DNA of 64,000 nucleotides from Myxococcales bacterium. Lineage in GTDB: Bacteria > Myxococcota > Myxococcia > Myxococcales > 40CM-4-68-19. This document shows, piece by piece, positions 52,024 through 62,938 of this stretch. A program made the translations under genes and the position numbers. Position 1 is the first letter of the stretch, and each line of letters starts with the position of its first letter. The notes below the pieces were generated by a model that did not search any database, was not told where the DNA came from, and saw nothing but the letters and a program-made list of their open reading frames with translations. The DNA lies in contig DASQBG010000065.1 of NCBI GenBank assembly GCA_035635335.1, positions 2,158 through 66,157 on the forward strand, given 5' to 3'.

Positions 52024-52986
52024 TCACGGCTCCGTTCCGCCCGCGGCGAGCTGCGGGGGACGGGCCGCGCGGAAGAGGAGAGGATCCGCCGGGCCCTGCG
52101 GAAGGTCGAGCTGGTAGTGCAGGTGTGGACCGGTGGAGAGCCCGCTGTTTCCGGAGAGGGCGATGACCTGTCCTTTGGCCACGGCGTCGCCCGGCGCCAC
52201 CAGCAGGGCGTCGTTGTGGCAGTACACGGTGGAGACTCCGCTGCCGTGGTCCAGCAACACCAGCCGGCCGCTCACGCGATCGTCGCTGGCGCGGCGCACG
52301 ATGCCTTCGGCTGCCGCGCGGACGGGAGTGCCGACCGAGACCCCCAGGTCGATCCCGGAGTGGAACCGGCGGCCGCCCAGCAGCGGATGCGCGCGCACGC
52401 CGAACAGAGAGGTGACCTGCGCCGAGTCGGGCAGGGGCCACGCCAGCGCGTACGCGGTGCCGAGCGTCAGCGCGGCGGCCGCCAGCGCGACCCGGTCGGC
52501 GTAGCGCGGCGGGAGCTGGCGCGCGAGCTCCTCGAGGCTGGCCCGGCCCCCACCGGCGCGCTCGCGGGCGAAACGCGCTGCCTCCTCGCCGCAGAAGAGG
52601 GACAGCACGGCGGACTCGCGGGATCCCTGCAGCCGGGCCTCCCGGAGGAGCCAGTCGCCCAGCGCGTCCGCGGACAACGACCGCAACCCGGCCCGGGCGA
52701 GCACCTGGGCCCGGTCCGCCGGCGAGGTCCTCTCCAGGGCCGACTGCGCGCCGAGGCCCAGCGCTGCTCCCGGCGAGAGCGCCGCGCGCGGAGGAAGCGG
52801 TTCGGCGAGCTGGAACGGGCGCGCGCCCGCCCCGTAGTACGAGAGAAGCGCGGGCGTCGCGCTCCGCGCCCCGAACAGGCGCGCGAAGGCGGTGCGCAGC
52901 AGCGCGCCCGGCGGGGTGTGGTACCAGGCCGCCCACAGACAGAGGGCGGCCAGCGCCAGGTCGGCGAGGCTGCGCGCGCGCCGCAT
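52024..52986 (-). CDS. M23 family metallopeptidase
   Basis: Distal 320 codons of ORF 52024..53526. The ATG at 52986 overlaps the upstream stop (ATGA). HSGIDL…, HNDALLV and GNSGLSTGPHLHY motifs. Confidence 0.85.
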   Translation of the reverse strand: MRRARSLADLALAALCLWAAWYHTPPGALLRTAFARLFGARSATPALLSYYGAGARPFQLAEPLPPRAALSPGAALGLGAQSALERTSPADRAQVLARAGLRSLSADALGDWLLREARLQGSRESAVLSLFCGEEAARFARERAGGGRASLEELARQLPPRYADRVALAAAALTLGTAYALAWPLPDSAQVTSLFGVRAHPLLGGRRFHSGIDLGVSVGTPVRAAAEGIVRRASDDRVSGRLVLLDHGSGVSTVYCHNDALLVAPGDAVAKGQVIALSGNSGLSTGPHLHYQLDLPQGPADPLLFRAARPPQLAAGGTEP

Positions 52987-53765
52987 CACCGCAGGAAGGA
53001 GAGGAGGGGCGCGGCGCGGAGCGCGGCGAGCGCCAGCGGCAGGAGCAGCAGCGCGCCGGGGAGCCCCACGGTGAACGCCCGGCCCCGGCGGAGCGGGATC
53101 CGATCCGAGCGCGCGTCGGCGCGGACGAGCGCGTGCACGACGGCGCGCCAGGCGATGAAGCCGACCAGGCCGAGCACCGCGGCGAGCGCGCATCCTCGGG
53201 CGAGCGCGTCGGCCGCGGAACCCATCGCGCCGCGGAGGCTGAAATGAAGCGTCCCCTCCAGGAGCCGCCCGACCGCGCACGATCCGGCGAGCGCGACCGC
53301 GCCCGTCGCCAACGGATGCACGACGCGTAGCGTGGTCGGACGGCCCCACGCCTTGGCGGCGAGCTCGCGGAACCGCTTCACCTCGTCCGCGCGCTCGTCG
53401 TAGCCGAGCATGGGCAGGGCGAGCAGCCCGTCGGCCACCAGCTCCCAGAGGAGCGCGACGCCCCGGGCGAAGAAGACGCGCTGCGAAGGGCCGACCAGGT
53501 CGACCAGTGGAGCGGTCAGCGTCCATCGCGCGGCGAGCCCGTCGAAGGCAGCGTCGGCGGCGTCGACCATCCCCAGGATCAGCTCGCCCACCACGTCGGC
53601 CGCGGTGTGCACGCCCACTGCGACGAGCGCGCAGAGCGCCAGCGGCAGGAAGAACCAGCGCAGCCGATCAGCGAGCCGCGCGGCGGCGTCGAGCGCGCCG
53701 GCGGGTGGGGCGGTCCCGGGCATGGGCATCGGCCGATCCTCGCCGCGCGCCGGCCGGGCGCGCAA
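52986..53765 (-). CDS. hypothetical membrane protein
   Basis: ORF 52986..53765. Several hydrophobic segments. No family recognised. Coupled to the M23 peptidase gene. Confidence 0.55.
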   Translation of the reverse strand: MRARPARGEDRPMPMPGTAPPAGALDAAARLADRLRWFFLPLALCALVAVGVHTAADVVGELILGMVDAADAAFDGLAARWTLTAPLVDLVGPSQRVFFARGVALLWELVADGLLALPMLGYDERADEVKRFRELAAKAWGRPTTLRVVHPLATGAVALAGSCAVGRLLEGTLHFSLRGAMGSAADALARGCALAAVLGLVGFIAWRAVVHALVRADARSDRIPLRRGRAFTVGLPGALLLLPLALAALRAAPLLSFLR

Positions 53766-53773
53766 GACTTCAA

Positions 53774-53803
53774 ATCCGGAACGTGGGTGGGTGCGGCGGC
53801 GAC
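53774..53803 (+). repeat. conserved intergenic element, internally deleted copy C6
   Basis: ATCCGGAACGTGGGTGGGTGCGGCGGCGAC keeps the left module (ATCC..GAACGT) and right module (GCGGCGGCGAC) but lacks the central 25-30 nt. Confidence 0.45.
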
Positions 53804-53834
53804 ATGGTTCAGCCGCTCCCGAGCGCCGGCGCGG

Positions 53835-54419
53835 TCAGCCGGACTTGTGCGCCACCAGCCTGCGCAAGTTGCGGTTCGCGCGCCGCTCGTCGACCTGGAA
53901 ACCGGCGCGGCGCACCGCGTCCTCGGTCTCGCGGTTGGGATGGCACCCTCCGGTGATGCGCGTCCAGGCCGGCTGGATGAAGTCCTGCCAGCGCGCCTCC
54001 CACCGCCGCTCCGAGCGGACGTGCTCGAGCATGCGCAGCGCTCCCTCATCGCGCAGCACGCGGCGGACCTCGGCGAGCGCCTCACCGGGGTCGGGGACGC
54101 TGCAGAGGACGAGGCTGATCGCGACCGTGTCGAAGCTCTTCCCGCGGAACGGCAGGGCCTCAGCCTTTGCGCAGACGAGGGCGACGAGCGGCGCGCGCCG
54201 GCGGGCCCGCCGCAGTGAGTCCAGCGAGGGGTCGATCCCCACCAGACGTGCGGCGCGCGGGTATCGCGGGAGGTTGCGGCCCGTCCCGCAGCCGACCTCC
54301 AGGGTGAAGCCGCTCGCGCCGGCCGTCAGCCAGGCGCGCAGCTTCCACAGGCCGATGCGGTCGGTCACCGCCATCACCGCGTCATAGAGCAGCGGGATCT
54401 GCTCGATTCCGCGCCGCAT
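53835..54419 (-). CDS. class I SAM-dependent methyltransferase (Methyltransf_11-like)
   Basis: Distal 194 codons of ORF 53835..54605, with the ATG at 54419. Motif I LEVGCGTGRN, then post-I GIDPS. Confidence 0.85.
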   Translation of the reverse strand: MRRGIEQIPLLYDAVMAVTDRIGLWKLRAWLTAGASGFTLEVGCGTGRNLPRYPRAARLVGIDPSLDSLRRARRRAPLVALVCAKAEALPFRGKSFDTVAISLVLCSVPDPGEALAEVRRVLRDEGALRMLEHVRSERRWEARWQDFIQPAWTRITGGCHPNRETEDAVRRAGFQVDERRANRNLRRLVAHKSG

Positions 54420-54420
54420 C

Positions 54421-56031
54421 TTACAGAGGGATGTTGCCGTGCTTGCGGCGCGGGACGTCGGCGCGCTTGGTGCGCAGCATCTGGAGCGCGCGGCACAGGC
54501 GCGGGCGCGTGTCCTCGGGGAGGATGACCTCGTCCACGTAGCCCAGCTCGGCGGCCTTGTAAGGATTCGCGAACGTGTCGCGGTAGCTCTGCGCCAGGTC
54601 CTCACGCGTCTTCGCGCCGCTCTCCAGCTCGCGGCGGAAGACGATGCTCACCGCGCCCTCCGGGCCCATCACCGCGATCTCGGCGGTCGGCCAGGCGAGG
54701 TTCACGTCGGCGCGGATGTGCTTGGAGGACATCACGTCGTACGCGCCGCCGTATGCCTTCCGCGTGATCACCGTCAGCTTGGGCACCGTGGCCTCGGCGA
54801 AGGCGTAGAGGAGCTTCGCGCCGTGGGTGATGATCCCGCCCCACTCCTGCCCGGTCCCCGGCAAGAAGCCCGGCACGTCCACGAAGGTGACCAGCGGGAT
54901 GTTGAAGGCGTCGCAGGTGCGCACGAACCGCGCCGCCTTCCGCGAGGCGTCGATGTCGAGGACGCCCGCGAGCACCGCCGGCTGGTTGGCGACGATTCCG
55001 ACGGACTGGCCGCCGAGCCGCGCGAAGCCGGTGACGATGTTGCGCGCGTAGTGCTCGGCCACCTCGAGGAAATGGCGGTCGTCCACCACCGCGCGCACCA
55101 CCTCCTTGATGTCGTACGGCTTGTTCGGGCTTTCGGGGACGATGGTTTTCAGCGCCTCGTCGCGCCGGTCCGGCGGATCCTGCGTGGGTACCACCGGCGG
55201 GCCGTCGAGGTTGTTCGACGGCAGGAAGGAGAGCAGCTCGCGTAGGATGCGGATCGCGCCCGCCTCGTCCTCGGCGGCGAAGTGCGCCACGCCGCTCTTG
55301 GTATTGTGGGCCTGCGCGCCGCCCAACTCGTCCTTGGTCACCTCCTCGTGCGTGACCGTCTTGATGACGTCGGGGCCGGTGATGAACATGTAGCTCGTGC
55401 CCTTGGTCATGACGATGAAGTCGGTCATGGCGGGCGAGTAGACCGCCCCGCCGGCGCAGGGGCCGAGGATCGCGGAAAGCTGGGGGACCACACCCGACGC
55501 CGAGACGTTCCGGTAGAAGATCTCCGCGTAGCCGGCGAGCGATACCACGCCTTCTTGGATGCGAGCGCCGCCGGAGTCGTTGAGGCCGATCACCGGACAC
55601 CCGGTGGATACCGCCAGGTCCATCACCTTGCAGATCTTCTCCGCGTACGCGCCCGAGAGCGAGCCGCCGAACACCGTGAAGTCCTGCGCGAAGACGAACA
55701 CCTGCCGGCCTTCCACGGTACCGTAGCCGGTGATCACGCCGTCGCCGAGGATCTTCTTGTCCTGCATCCCGAAGTCGTCGCAGCGGTGCACCTTGAACTT
55801 GTCCAGCTCGAGGAAGCTTCCGGGATCGAGCAGCAGCTCGAGGCGCTCGCGCGCGGTGAGCTTTCCCTCCTCGTGCTGCTTCTCCACCCGTTGCGCGCCG
55901 CCGCCCAGCTCGGCCTGGGCGTCGAGCGCGGCGAGCTTCTCGCGCGCGCCCAGCCGCTCGCTCCGCTTCGCGGCGGAGGTTCCGCCGGGTGGCTCCGCTG
56001 GCGGCGGAGCCTTCGCGTTCTCGTCGGACAT
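54421..56031 (-). CDS. pccB: acyl-CoA carboxylase carboxyltransferase beta subunit (propionyl-CoA carboxylase beta-like)
   Basis: ORF 54421..56031. Canonical carboxyltransferase sequence ([46 protein letters not shown]). Confidence 0.9.
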   Translation of the reverse strand: MSDENAKAPPPAEPPGGTSAAKRSERLGAREKLAALDAQAELGGGAQRVEKQHEEGKLTARERLELLLDPGSFLELDKFKVHRCDDFGMQDKKILGDGVITGYGTVEGRQVFVFAQDFTVFGGSLSGAYAEKICKVMDLAVSTGCPVIGLNDSGGARIQEGVVSLAGYAEIFYRNVSASGVVPQLSAILGPCAGGAVYSPAMTDFIVMTKGTSYMFITGPDVIKTVTHEEVTKDELGGAQAHNTKSGVAHFAAEDEAGAIRILRELLSFLPSNNLDGPPVVPTQDPPDRRDEALKTIVPESPNKPYDIKEVVRAVVDDRHFLEVAEHYARNIVTGFARLGGQSVGIVANQPAVLAGVLDIDASRKAARFVRTCDAFNIPLVTFVDVPGFLPGTGQEWGGIITHGAKLLYAFAEATVPKLTVITRKAYGGAYDVMSSKHIRADVNLAWPTAEIAVMGPEGAVSIVFRRELESGAKTREDLAQSYRDTFANPYKAAELGYVDEVILPEDTRPRLCRALQMLRTKRADVPRRKHGNIPL

Positions 56032-56067
56032 CGGGCGCGCACCCTACTGAAGACAGGGGCGCCGCGC

Positions 56068-56118
56068 CAGTCGCCGCCGGATGGGCGGCGCTGCGTTTTG
56101 GAATGGCCAGACGGGCGG
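56068..56118 (-). repeat. conserved intergenic element, copy C4 (inverted orientation)
   Basis: The reverse complement reads CCGCCCGTCTGGCCATTCCAAAACGCAGCGCCGCCCATCCGGCGGCGACTG. Confidence 0.75.
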
Positions 56119-56140
56119 AGCGGCGTGGTCGAACGGTGGC

Positions 56141-57478
56141 CTAACGGAGTGGCCAGCGCAGCTCCACCTCGGCGCCCGCGGGGTGCGGGCGGCCGGTGAC
56201 GACCACCGGGCCAGAGCTGCGCAACAGGCGCCCCAACGTCAGGCGGCCGGCGTACAGCCCGGCGGCGAGGCCGCCGTGGAGCGCATCGAGCGGGGTGAGC
56301 TTCTGCAGCACGGCGTCGGCCACGCCCAGGTCCAGCTGTCCCTCCAGCGCGGAGGTCCCGCCGGATGCGCCGGGGTCCGCGGGAGCGGCGGCGGGGCAGG
56401 GCGTGCCGAACCAGGCCGTGGTGGCTTCGGCGCGAACGCAGACCGCCCGGGGCCCCTGTGCGTCCGCGGCGTCTTCCGCCGGGGGAGGCGCGGTGACCGC
56501 TTGCAGCCGGAGGGCCCACAGCGCTTCCCGCTCGCTGGAGAGCAGCCGCGCGTCCGCGCCGTCGCTCCGCACCACCACGCGATCGGCCGCGGCGGCGGCG
56601 CGCTGGGCGAGCCGGTCCGGCGCCTGGCGCGCGACGGGTGGAAGCAGGGCGCCGAGGTAAGCGCGCGCCGCGAGCACGAGGGCCTCGCGCCCCGAGGGTC
56701 CCAGGCCGGCGCGCAGGCAGAGCAGCGATGCGCCCGCGCAGGCGGTGGGTCCGGGCGCGGCGCCGGCGAGGAGCGGCTCCGGCGCGAGCAGAAGCCCTCG
56801 CGCCACCAGGCCCCGCGCCGACCCCTCGAGCGAGAGCACGGCGGCGCGGAGCGGATCGGCGCCGCGCGTAACCACCGCGGCCGGCTCGGTGAGCCGCGCG
56901 ATCGCGGAGGCGAGAAGGCGGTCGGACGAGAGCGGCGCGGCGGCGCGCGTGCCCGCCTGCGCCAGCATTGCCAGGAGGGCGATCGCGTGCGGCCCCGAAG
57001 CAGTGAGCAGCCGCGGCGCGCCCGCGACGCGCGCCACCGCGCCGGCGCGGGTCCGGCGGCCTTCTCCGGCGGCCAGCGCACCTCGCAGCGGGGGCGCACG
57101 GACCGGACGCGCGATTCCCGACTCGGCCAGCCAGGCCTGCAGCGCCGCCCGGGCGGCCTTCGCGTCGCGCACGGGCGCGGTCAAGCCGGCGGAGGCGCTC
57201 GCCAGCACGACCGCTCGGGGGCCGGACGGGGCGAGGCCCCACGCGAGCGGGTCGCCCAGGAGGTCGGGCCCGACGAGCGCGGCCATGCGAGGTCCGGCAG
57301 CCAGCGCCGGCGCTCGCTGCGCCACGCCGTCGAAGAAGGCGCGCAGCCCGGAAGCGCCCTGCGCGCCGTCCAGCAGCAGAGCGGCGTCCGAGCGCGCGGG
57401 GACGAACGCAGCCGCCAATCGTGCTCCAGCGTTGCCGGCGGCGGCCGCGCACAAGAGGGCGATCGCGATCACATGCAC
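56141..57478 (-). CDS. Ala-rich secreted hypothetical protein
   Basis: Distal 445 codons of ORF 56141..57787. The GTG at 57478 gives MHVIAIALLCAAAAG (signal-like). No family recognised. Its low-complexity composition lowers confidence. Confidence 0.5.
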   Translation of the reverse strand: MHVIAIALLCAAAAGNAGARLAAAFVPARSDAALLLDGAQGASGLRAFFDGVAQRAPALAAGPRMAALVGPDLLGDPLAWGLAPSGPRAVVLASASAGLTAPVRDAKAARAALQAWLAESGIARPVRAPPLRGALAAGEGRRTRAGAVARVAGAPRLLTASGPHAIALLAMLAQAGTRAAAPLSSDRLLASAIARLTEPAAVVTRGADPLRAAVLSLEGSARGLVARGLLLAPEPLLAGAAPGPTACAGASLLCLRAGLGPSGREALVLAARAYLGALLPPVARQAPDRLAQRAAAAADRVVVRSDGADARLLSSEREALWALRLQAVTAPPPAEDAADAQGPRAVCVRAEATTAWFGTPCPAAAPADPGASGGTSALEGQLDLGVADAVLQKLTPLDALHGGLAAGLYAGRLTLGRLLRSSGPVVVTGRPHPAGAEVELRWPLR

Positions 57479-57500
57479 ACCGCCGGGCTCGCGCGTCCCG

Positions 57501-57827
57501 TCACGCGGGCAGCTGCGTCCCGGCCGCCTTGGCCGCTTCGGCGAGCTCTTGCGCCTTCTCGCGCGCCCGGCGCGCCATCGCCCGGCGCATGTAGCCGTAG
57601 CCGAGCACCAGCGCCGCGAACAGGGGGGAGAGCGCGGCGCCGACGGTCCAGCCGGAGTGCTCAGCGAGGAACCCCCACACCGCCGCAGCCGCGGGGCTGA
57701 AGAAGTCCCCGTACCAGACCAGCGCCCAGACCGCGCCGCACAGAACGAACGCCAGCACGTTCGCGACCAGGAAGAACAGCACGCCACGCTTGCTCGGCAT
57801 CGGCAGGACGTACTGCTTTTCGGCCAC
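57501..57827 (-). CDS. small membrane protein (2-3 TM), unknown function
   Basis: Distal part of ORF 57501..59378. Start is the GTG at 57827 or the ATG at 57800. Sequence VLFFLVANVLAFVLCGAVWALVWYG…. Confidence 0.5.
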   Translation of the reverse strand: MAEKQYVLPMPSKRGVLFFLVANVLAFVLCGAVWALVWYGDFFSPAAAAVWGFLAEHSGWTVGAALSPLFAALVLGYGYMRRAMARRAREKAQELAEAAKAAGTQLPA

Positions 57828-57883
57828 GGCTTCCTCCGGGGACGCGAGGCTAAGGCCGCGCGCGCCCCGGAGCAAGCCAGGAG

Positions 57884-59077
57884 TCACTGGCTGCAGTCGT
57901 CGGGCAGCGCCGTCGTCTCCGCGGCTGCGGCTGCCCGGAGAGTTGCGGTGGCGAAGGGTTGTACGTCGGAGAATCCGAGCTTCGCCTTCTGCGCCGCGTT
58001 GGGCACTTTGCTCACGCCGTTCCGGTCCAGTCGGTACTTGTCGAAGTACTGGGTCTGCGGAAGCATCGGCACGCCCTGGGAATCGAGGTAGGTCTTCAGG
58101 CCGGCGTCCTTGAAGGGAAAGGGCAAGCCCGTGAAGAAGGGGTTGAACAGGCCGTCCCAGTGGTTGGGGATGTAGAAGCGCGGCCGCAGGACGGGAACCA
58201 CCAGCTGCGCCACTGCCGAGCCGCCCGTACCGATCCAGAGGTCGACGCTGGTCAGGCCCGCATCCGCCATGGCGCGTCGGAGGTTGTCCAGCGGCGCCCC
58301 GTAGTTCACGCCGTCGACCACGATGTCCTGGGTCAAGTCGACCGCGCTCGCGGAATTGTTCACGAAGAAGCTCAGCCGGCTGCCGTGCTCGCCGTCCACC
58401 GTGAACAGGTACATCCTGCCGCCGCCGCCGTTGGGGAAGTCCTCGGCGACTCCGCCGCGCAAGCCGCCGGTCACGGGATCGGGAATCGGGGCCGCGTGGA
58501 GCTCGATCGGGTCGTGCTGCTCCGGATTCACGGCATGGTTCCCGCTGTGGTTCCAGCGCACTACCCGGAGCGTCACGCCGTGACCGAGGCGAAGCCGCTC
58601 TCCGCCGGCCACCACGTGGCATTGCGACGCCGGCAGCCCCTCGGCCTGAGCCTGCAGGCAGGTGGTGATGCTTCCGATGATGGGCGCGTTGGTCAGGGCC
58701 GACCAGGTCGCCGTGTCGAAAGTGTGATCGAAGTGGCTGTGGCCCGCGAGGACGTAGTCGAGCTTTCCGCGCGCATCGAGGGCGTAGCGCACGCGGAGCA
58801 CGGTGGGCAGGTCGACGCCGAACGGCCCCAGGGTGTTCTTGAATCCACCGCCTCCACCGAAGAAGAAAGGCGGTCCGGGGAGGCGCGTGAAATAGCCGTC
58901 CATCATGAACCGCAGGCCGCCGACCTTGAAGTACCAGTTGGCGATCGACATCCAGGTCAGCTCGATCCCGTCGCCGCGGTCGTCGTCGTCGTCTCGCGCG
59001 TCGGCGCGTGCGGGGACCGCGATGGACAGCAGCACGAGCGACAGCAGGACGCGGACATGCTTCGCAGCAGCATGCAT
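57884..59077 (-). CDS. secreted MBL-fold metallo-hydrolase
   Basis: ORF 57884..59077. Signal peptide, acidic run DARDDDDDRGD, and HxHxDH-type motif LAGHSHFDH. GC is visibly lower than in neighbouring genes. Confidence 0.75.
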   Translation of the reverse strand: MHAAAKHVRVLLSLVLLSIAVPARADARDDDDDRGDGIELTWMSIANWYFKVGGLRFMMDGYFTRLPGPPFFFGGGGGFKNTLGPFGVDLPTVLRVRYALDARGKLDYVLAGHSHFDHTFDTATWSALTNAPIIGSITTCLQAQAEGLPASQCHVVAGGERLRLGHGVTLRVVRWNHSGNHAVNPEQHDPIELHAAPIPDPVTGGLRGGVAEDFPNGGGGRMYLFTVDGEHGSRLSFFVNNSASAVDLTQDIVVDGVNYGAPLDNLRRAMADAGLTSVDLWIGTGGSAVAQLVVPVLRPRFYIPNHWDGLFNPFFTGLPFPFKDAGLKTYLDSQGVPMLPQTQYFDKYRLDRNGVSKVPNAAQKAKLGFSDVQPFATATLRAAAAAETTALPDDCSQ

Positions 59078-59140
59078 GTTGTTCTCTCCTTGAGGCGGCA
59101 GAAAATCCGGCGCACCTTGGGATCCTGACCGGATCGAGGG

Positions 59141-59971
59141 TCAAGCCGCGCCGCGTCTCACCACTACAGTGCCGCACAGCTTGTCGTGCAGGGTCTGGCC
59201 GCGCGGGTCGACGAGCGCGAGGGCGAACCCGGACAGCCCCAGCGCGGCCGAGGGGATGGCCAGGGCGGCCCGCGCGAGCGCCTCGCCGACGGTGAGCGTC
59301 CCGCCCCGCTGCGACTCGACGCGGAGGCCGGCCAGCGCGAGCCCCGGCGTGCGCCCGCCGAGCGCGGTGAAGAGCCACGAGTAGGCGACCGCGAGCAGGA
59401 CGCAGAGCGCGCCCCAGAGCGCGGGCAGGCGAGGTCCGCGGAGCAGGAGATCCAGTCCCTGACCCCCGGAACCCGGCACGCCGCGGAGCAGCGCCGTCGC
59501 GACGGCGAGGTGGAGCGAGGCGCAGGCGAGGACGACGGCCAGGTCGACGGACCAGGCCAGGATCTGCGCCGAGGTCGCGGGACGGGCGGAGGTCGCGGGA
59601 CGGGCGGGGGTCGAGATGGGGGCTGCGGTCGCAATCGAGGCCGCGGTGGCGGTCGCGGTCGACGTCGGGCTCGAGATGGCCGGCGACGGCTCGTCGCCGG
59701 GGTCGTCCGCCTGCGGCAACGGCGTCCAGATCGGCCTGGCCGTCGCGGGCACCTGGAAGCGGTCGGTCGGCGGCGGCGGCGGATGCTCGGGCGCGGCGTC
59801 CTGCCAGGCGATGCCGCCCTGCTGGTCGCCGGCGAGTTGCACGGACGGCGGCGCCGGGGGGTCGGACTCGATGGAGAAGGCCGGGCCCGGCTCGCGCGGA
59901 TTGAGCGCGAAGCAGCGCAGGCAGCGGTCGGCGAGCGGCGGCAGAGGGTGCGAACAGCGCTGGCAGAGCAT
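59141..59971 (-). CDS. RDD family membrane protein with N-terminal zinc-ribbon
   Basis: ORF 59141..60049. The ATG at 59971 gives [20 protein letters not shown]. Pro/Ala/Thr-rich linker, then an RDD-type TM domain ending …[11 protein letters not shown]. Confidence 0.75.
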   Translation of the reverse strand: MLCQRCSHPLPPLADRCLRCFALNPREPGPAFSIESDPPAPPSVQLAGDQQGGIAWQDAAPEHPPPPPTDRFQVPATARPIWTPLPQADDPGDEPSPAISSPTSTATATAASIATAAPISTPARPATSARPATSAQILAWSVDLAVVLACASLHLAVATALLRGVPGSGGQGLDLLLRGPRLPALWGALCVLLAVAYSWLFTALGGRTPGLALAGLRVESQRGGTLTVGEALARAALAIPSAALGLSGFALALVDPRGQTLHDKLCGTVVVRRGAA

Positions 59972-60072
59972 GTGGCGAAACGTACGGGGAGCGCGGGTCA
60001 GGTCAACAATTCTGCCGCCTTGTCGCAGCGGTCCGGAAGCGTTATTCACCCGCGCGCCACGGAGGCTCGAGC

Positions 60073-61467
60073 ATGGCCACCCGCATCGAGAAGGATTCTT
60101 TTGGCCCCATCGAGGTCCCGGCCGACCGGCTGTGGGGCGCCCAGACGCAGCGGTCGCTGATGAACTTCAAGATCGGCACCGAGAAGATGCCTGCGCAGCT
60201 GATCAAGGCGCTCGCCCAGGTGAAGCGCGCCGCTGCGCAGGTCAACCTCGAGCTGAAGTTGCTCGACCCGAAGAAGGCGAAGGCCATCATCGAGGCGGCC
60301 GACGAGGTCATCGCGGGCAAGCACGACGGCGAATTCCCGCTGGCCGTCTGGCAGACCGGGAGCGGGACGCAGACCAACATGAACATGAACGAGGTGCTCG
60401 CGAACCGGGCGAGCGAGATCCTGGGAGGTCCGCGCGGCGAGGGGCGCCTGGTCCACCCCAACGACGACGTGAACAACGGCCAGTCGTCCAACGACGTCTT
60501 CCCCACCGCGATGCACGTCGCGGCGGTACCCGCCGTGGTGGATCAGCTCATCCCTTCGCTGAGCCTCCTGCGCGACACGTTGTCGCGCAAGAGCGAGCAG
60601 TTCCGAGAAGTGGTCAAGATCGGCCGCACCCACCTGCAGGACGCCACGCCGCTGACGCTCGGGCAGGAGATGTCCGGGTGGGTGGCGCAGCTCGACCACG
60701 GCATCCGCCATGTCGAGAGCGCGCTGCCCCACCTGCGGGAGCTGGCGCTGGGCGGCACCGCGGTGGGCACCGGGCTCAACGCGCACCCGGAGTTCGCCGA
60801 CCGCGTCGCCCGGGAGCTGTCGCGTCTGACCGGGCACCCCTTCACCAGCGCGCCCAACAAGTTCGAGGCGCTCGCCTCGCATGATGCGCTGGTGTTCGCG
60901 CACGGAGGCCTCAAGACGCTCGCCGCCTCGCTGATGAAGATCGCGAACGACGTCCGGTGGCTTTCGTCGGGCCCGCGCTGCGGGATCGGCGAGCTGCGCA
61001 TTCCGGAGAACGAGCCGGGCAGCTCGATCATGCCCGGCAAGGTGAACCCGACCCAGAGCGAGGCGATGACCATGGTCTGCTGCCAGGTCTTCGGCAACGA
61101 CGTGGCGGTGAACTTCGGCGGGGCCTCGGGGAACTTCGAGCTGAACGTCTACAAGCCGCTGGTGATCAACGCCTTCCTGCAGTCGGCGCGGCTCCTGGCC
61201 GACGCCTCGCGCAGCTTCAACGACAACTGCGCGGCGGGCATCGAGCCGGACCGCGCGCGCATCGACAAGCTCTTGCGCGAGTCGCTGATGCTGGTGACGG
61301 CGCTGAATCCGCACATCGGCTACGACAAGGCGGCGAAGATCGCGAAGACGGCGCACAAGGAAGGCACCACCCTGCGCGAGGCGGCGGTCAAGCTGGGGTT
61401 CCTCACTGGCGAGCAGTTCGATCAGTGGGTCCGCCCCGAGGACATGACCGGTCCGAAAGCGAAGTGA
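60073..61467 (+). CDS. fumC: class II fumarate hydratase
   Basis: ORF 60073..61467. [13 protein letters not shown] signature and full-length FumC pattern. Confidence 0.95.
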   Translation: MATRIEKDSFGPIEVPADRLWGAQTQRSLMNFKIGTEKMPAQLIKALAQVKRAAAQVNLELKLLDPKKAKAIIEAADEVIAGKHDGEFPLAVWQTGSGTQTNMNMNEVLANRASEILGGPRGEGRLVHPNDDVNNGQSSNDVFPTAMHVAAVPAVVDQLIPSLSLLRDTLSRKSEQFREVVKIGRTHLQDATPLTLGQEMSGWVAQLDHGIRHVESALPHLRELALGGTAVGTGLNAHPEFADRVARELSRLTGHPFTSAPNKFEALASHDALVFAHGGLKTLAASLMKIANDVRWLSSGPRCGIGELRIPENEPGSSIMPGKVNPTQSEAMTMVCCQVFGNDVAVNFGGASGNFELNVYKPLVINAFLQSARLLADASRSFNDNCAAGIEPDRARIDKLLRESLMLVTALNPHIGYDKAAKIAKTAHKEGTTLREAAVKLGFLTGEQFDQWVRPEDMTGPKAK

Positions 61468-62285
61468 GCCTGAAGATCACCACCTGGAACGTGAACGGCA
61501 TCCGCGCCCGGGCGGGAGAAGTGCTCGAGTGGGTGCAGCGCGAGAAGCCCGACGTCCTCTGCCTTCAAGAAATCAAGGCGGCGCCCGACAAGGTGCCTCA
61601 GGAGATCTGCTCGCTCGCGGGCTACTGGTGTTACTGGCACGGGCACAAAGGGTACTCGGGCGTCGGCCTTCATCTGCGGCGCGACGCCTTTCCCGAAAAG
61701 CCCGAGTTCGCCCACCCCGAGTTCGATCACGAAACGCGCATCGTGACCGCCCGCGCCGGCCGGTTGCTCTTCGCGTCCGCGTACGTCCCGAACGGCGGCA
61801 AGGATTATCCGGCGAAGGTGCGGTTCCTGGAGGGGATGGATCGCTGGGCGGCGGCTACACTCACCGCGGGGAGCACGCTGGTGCTGTGCGGCGACCTGAA
61901 CGTGGCGCGCGAGCCGCGCGACGTGCACCCCAAGTTACGCAACCCGGAGCAGATCGGGCAGACGCCCGCCGAGCAGGCCATGCTGGAGAAGATCATCGCG
62001 CACGGGTTGACGGACCTCTCGCGCAAGTTCCACCCCGACGACGACCGGCTCTTCACCTGGTGGGCGCCCTGGCGGCAGATGCGCGAGCGCAACATCGGGT
62101 GGCGACTCGACTACGTGCTCGCAAGCGCGCCGCTTGCCGAGAAGGCCGTTTCCACCGAGAGCCCGCGCGAGTTCGGCACCAGCGACCACGCGCCGGTCAC
62201 CGCGGTGTTCGACGTGCCGCTCGAGCGCGCGAAAGTGCCCGACGAGCCGCAGCCCGCTCCGCCCGGTCAGATCCCGCTCTTCTGA
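61464..62285 (+). CDS. xthA: exodeoxyribonuclease III
   Basis: Distal 273 codons of ORF 60957..62285. The GTG at 61464 overlaps the fumC stop (GTGA). Motifs [18 protein letters not shown] and SDHAPV. Confidence 0.92.
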   Translation: MSLKITTWNVNGIRARAGEVLEWVQREKPDVLCLQEIKAAPDKVPQEICSLAGYWCYWHGHKGYSGVGLHLRRDAFPEKPEFAHPEFDHETRIVTARAGRLLFASAYVPNGGKDYPAKVRFLEGMDRWAAATLTAGSTLVLCGDLNVAREPRDVHPKLRNPEQIGQTPAEQAMLEKIIAHGLTDLSRKFHPDDDRLFTWWAPWRQMRERNIGWRLDYVLASAPLAEKAVSTESPREFGTSDHAPVTAVFDVPLERAKVPDEPQPAPPGQIPLF

Positions 62286-62295
62286 CTTAGCCGCG

Positions 62296-62901
62296 TCACG
62301 GGTTGAGCAGCTGCACCGACCAGGGCGCGCCCGGCTTCTCGCGCGTGTACAGCTCCCGCTCGTGCAGCCGGTTCGGGCGGTTCCTCCAGAACTCGATCGA
62401 CAGCGGCTTCACGCGCAGCCCGGACCAGTGCGGGGGCCGCGGGACCGGCATCCCCTCGAACTTCTCGGTGACCTCGGCGAGCTTCGCCTCCAGCTCTGCA
62501 CGCGATCCGATCGGCCGGCTCTGCGCGGATGCCCAGGCCCCGAGCTGGCTGCCGCGGGCGCGCGTCGCGAAGTAGGCGTCGGCCTCGTCGTCGCCGACGC
62601 GCTCGGCCCGGCCCTCGAAGCGGACCTGCGACTCGAGCGGCCCCCACCAGAAGAGCAGGGCCACGTCGGGGCGCGCCAGCGCCTCGCGGCCCTTGCGCGA
62701 GTCGAGGTTCGTGTAGAAGACCAGGCCGTCCTCGTCCGCGTCCTTGAGCAGCACCACCCGCGCGGAGGGATGCCCCCCGGCGCTCACGGTTGCGAGCGTC
62801 ATCGCGGTGGGCTCGACGATCTGCGGGGTCGCCTTGGCGCGTTCGAGCAGGGCGAGGAACCGCTGGAGGGGATCGTCCTGCGCGGGCCGGCGGATTTCCA
62901 T
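62296..62901 (-). CDS. pdxH: pyridoxamine 5'-phosphate oxidase
   Basis: ORF 62296..62922, with the ATG at 62901. Motifs RVVLLK, IEFWRNRPNRLHER and the C-terminal LNP. Confidence 0.9.
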   Translation of the reverse strand: MEIRRPAQDDPLQRFLALLERAKATPQIVEPTAMTLATVSAGGHPSARVVLLKDADEDGLVFYTNLDSRKGREALARPDVALLFWWGPLESQVRFEGRAERVGDDEADAYFATRARGSQLGAWASAQSRPIGSRAELEAKLAEVTEKFEGMPVPRPPHWSGLRVKPLSIEFWRNRPNRLHERELYTREKPGAPWSVQLLNP

Positions 62902-62938
62902 GGCGGCGGATGTGTACCCCACGTGCTATGCAGCCGCC

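Noticed and set aside
59572-59607. An 18-bp perfect tandem duplication (GAGGTCGCGGGACGGGCG x2) inside the RDD-family gene.
   Set aside because: It is in frame and encodes a duplicated ARPATS hexapeptide within a low-complexity Pro/Ala/Thr linker. This is ordinary linker expansion with no regulatory context.
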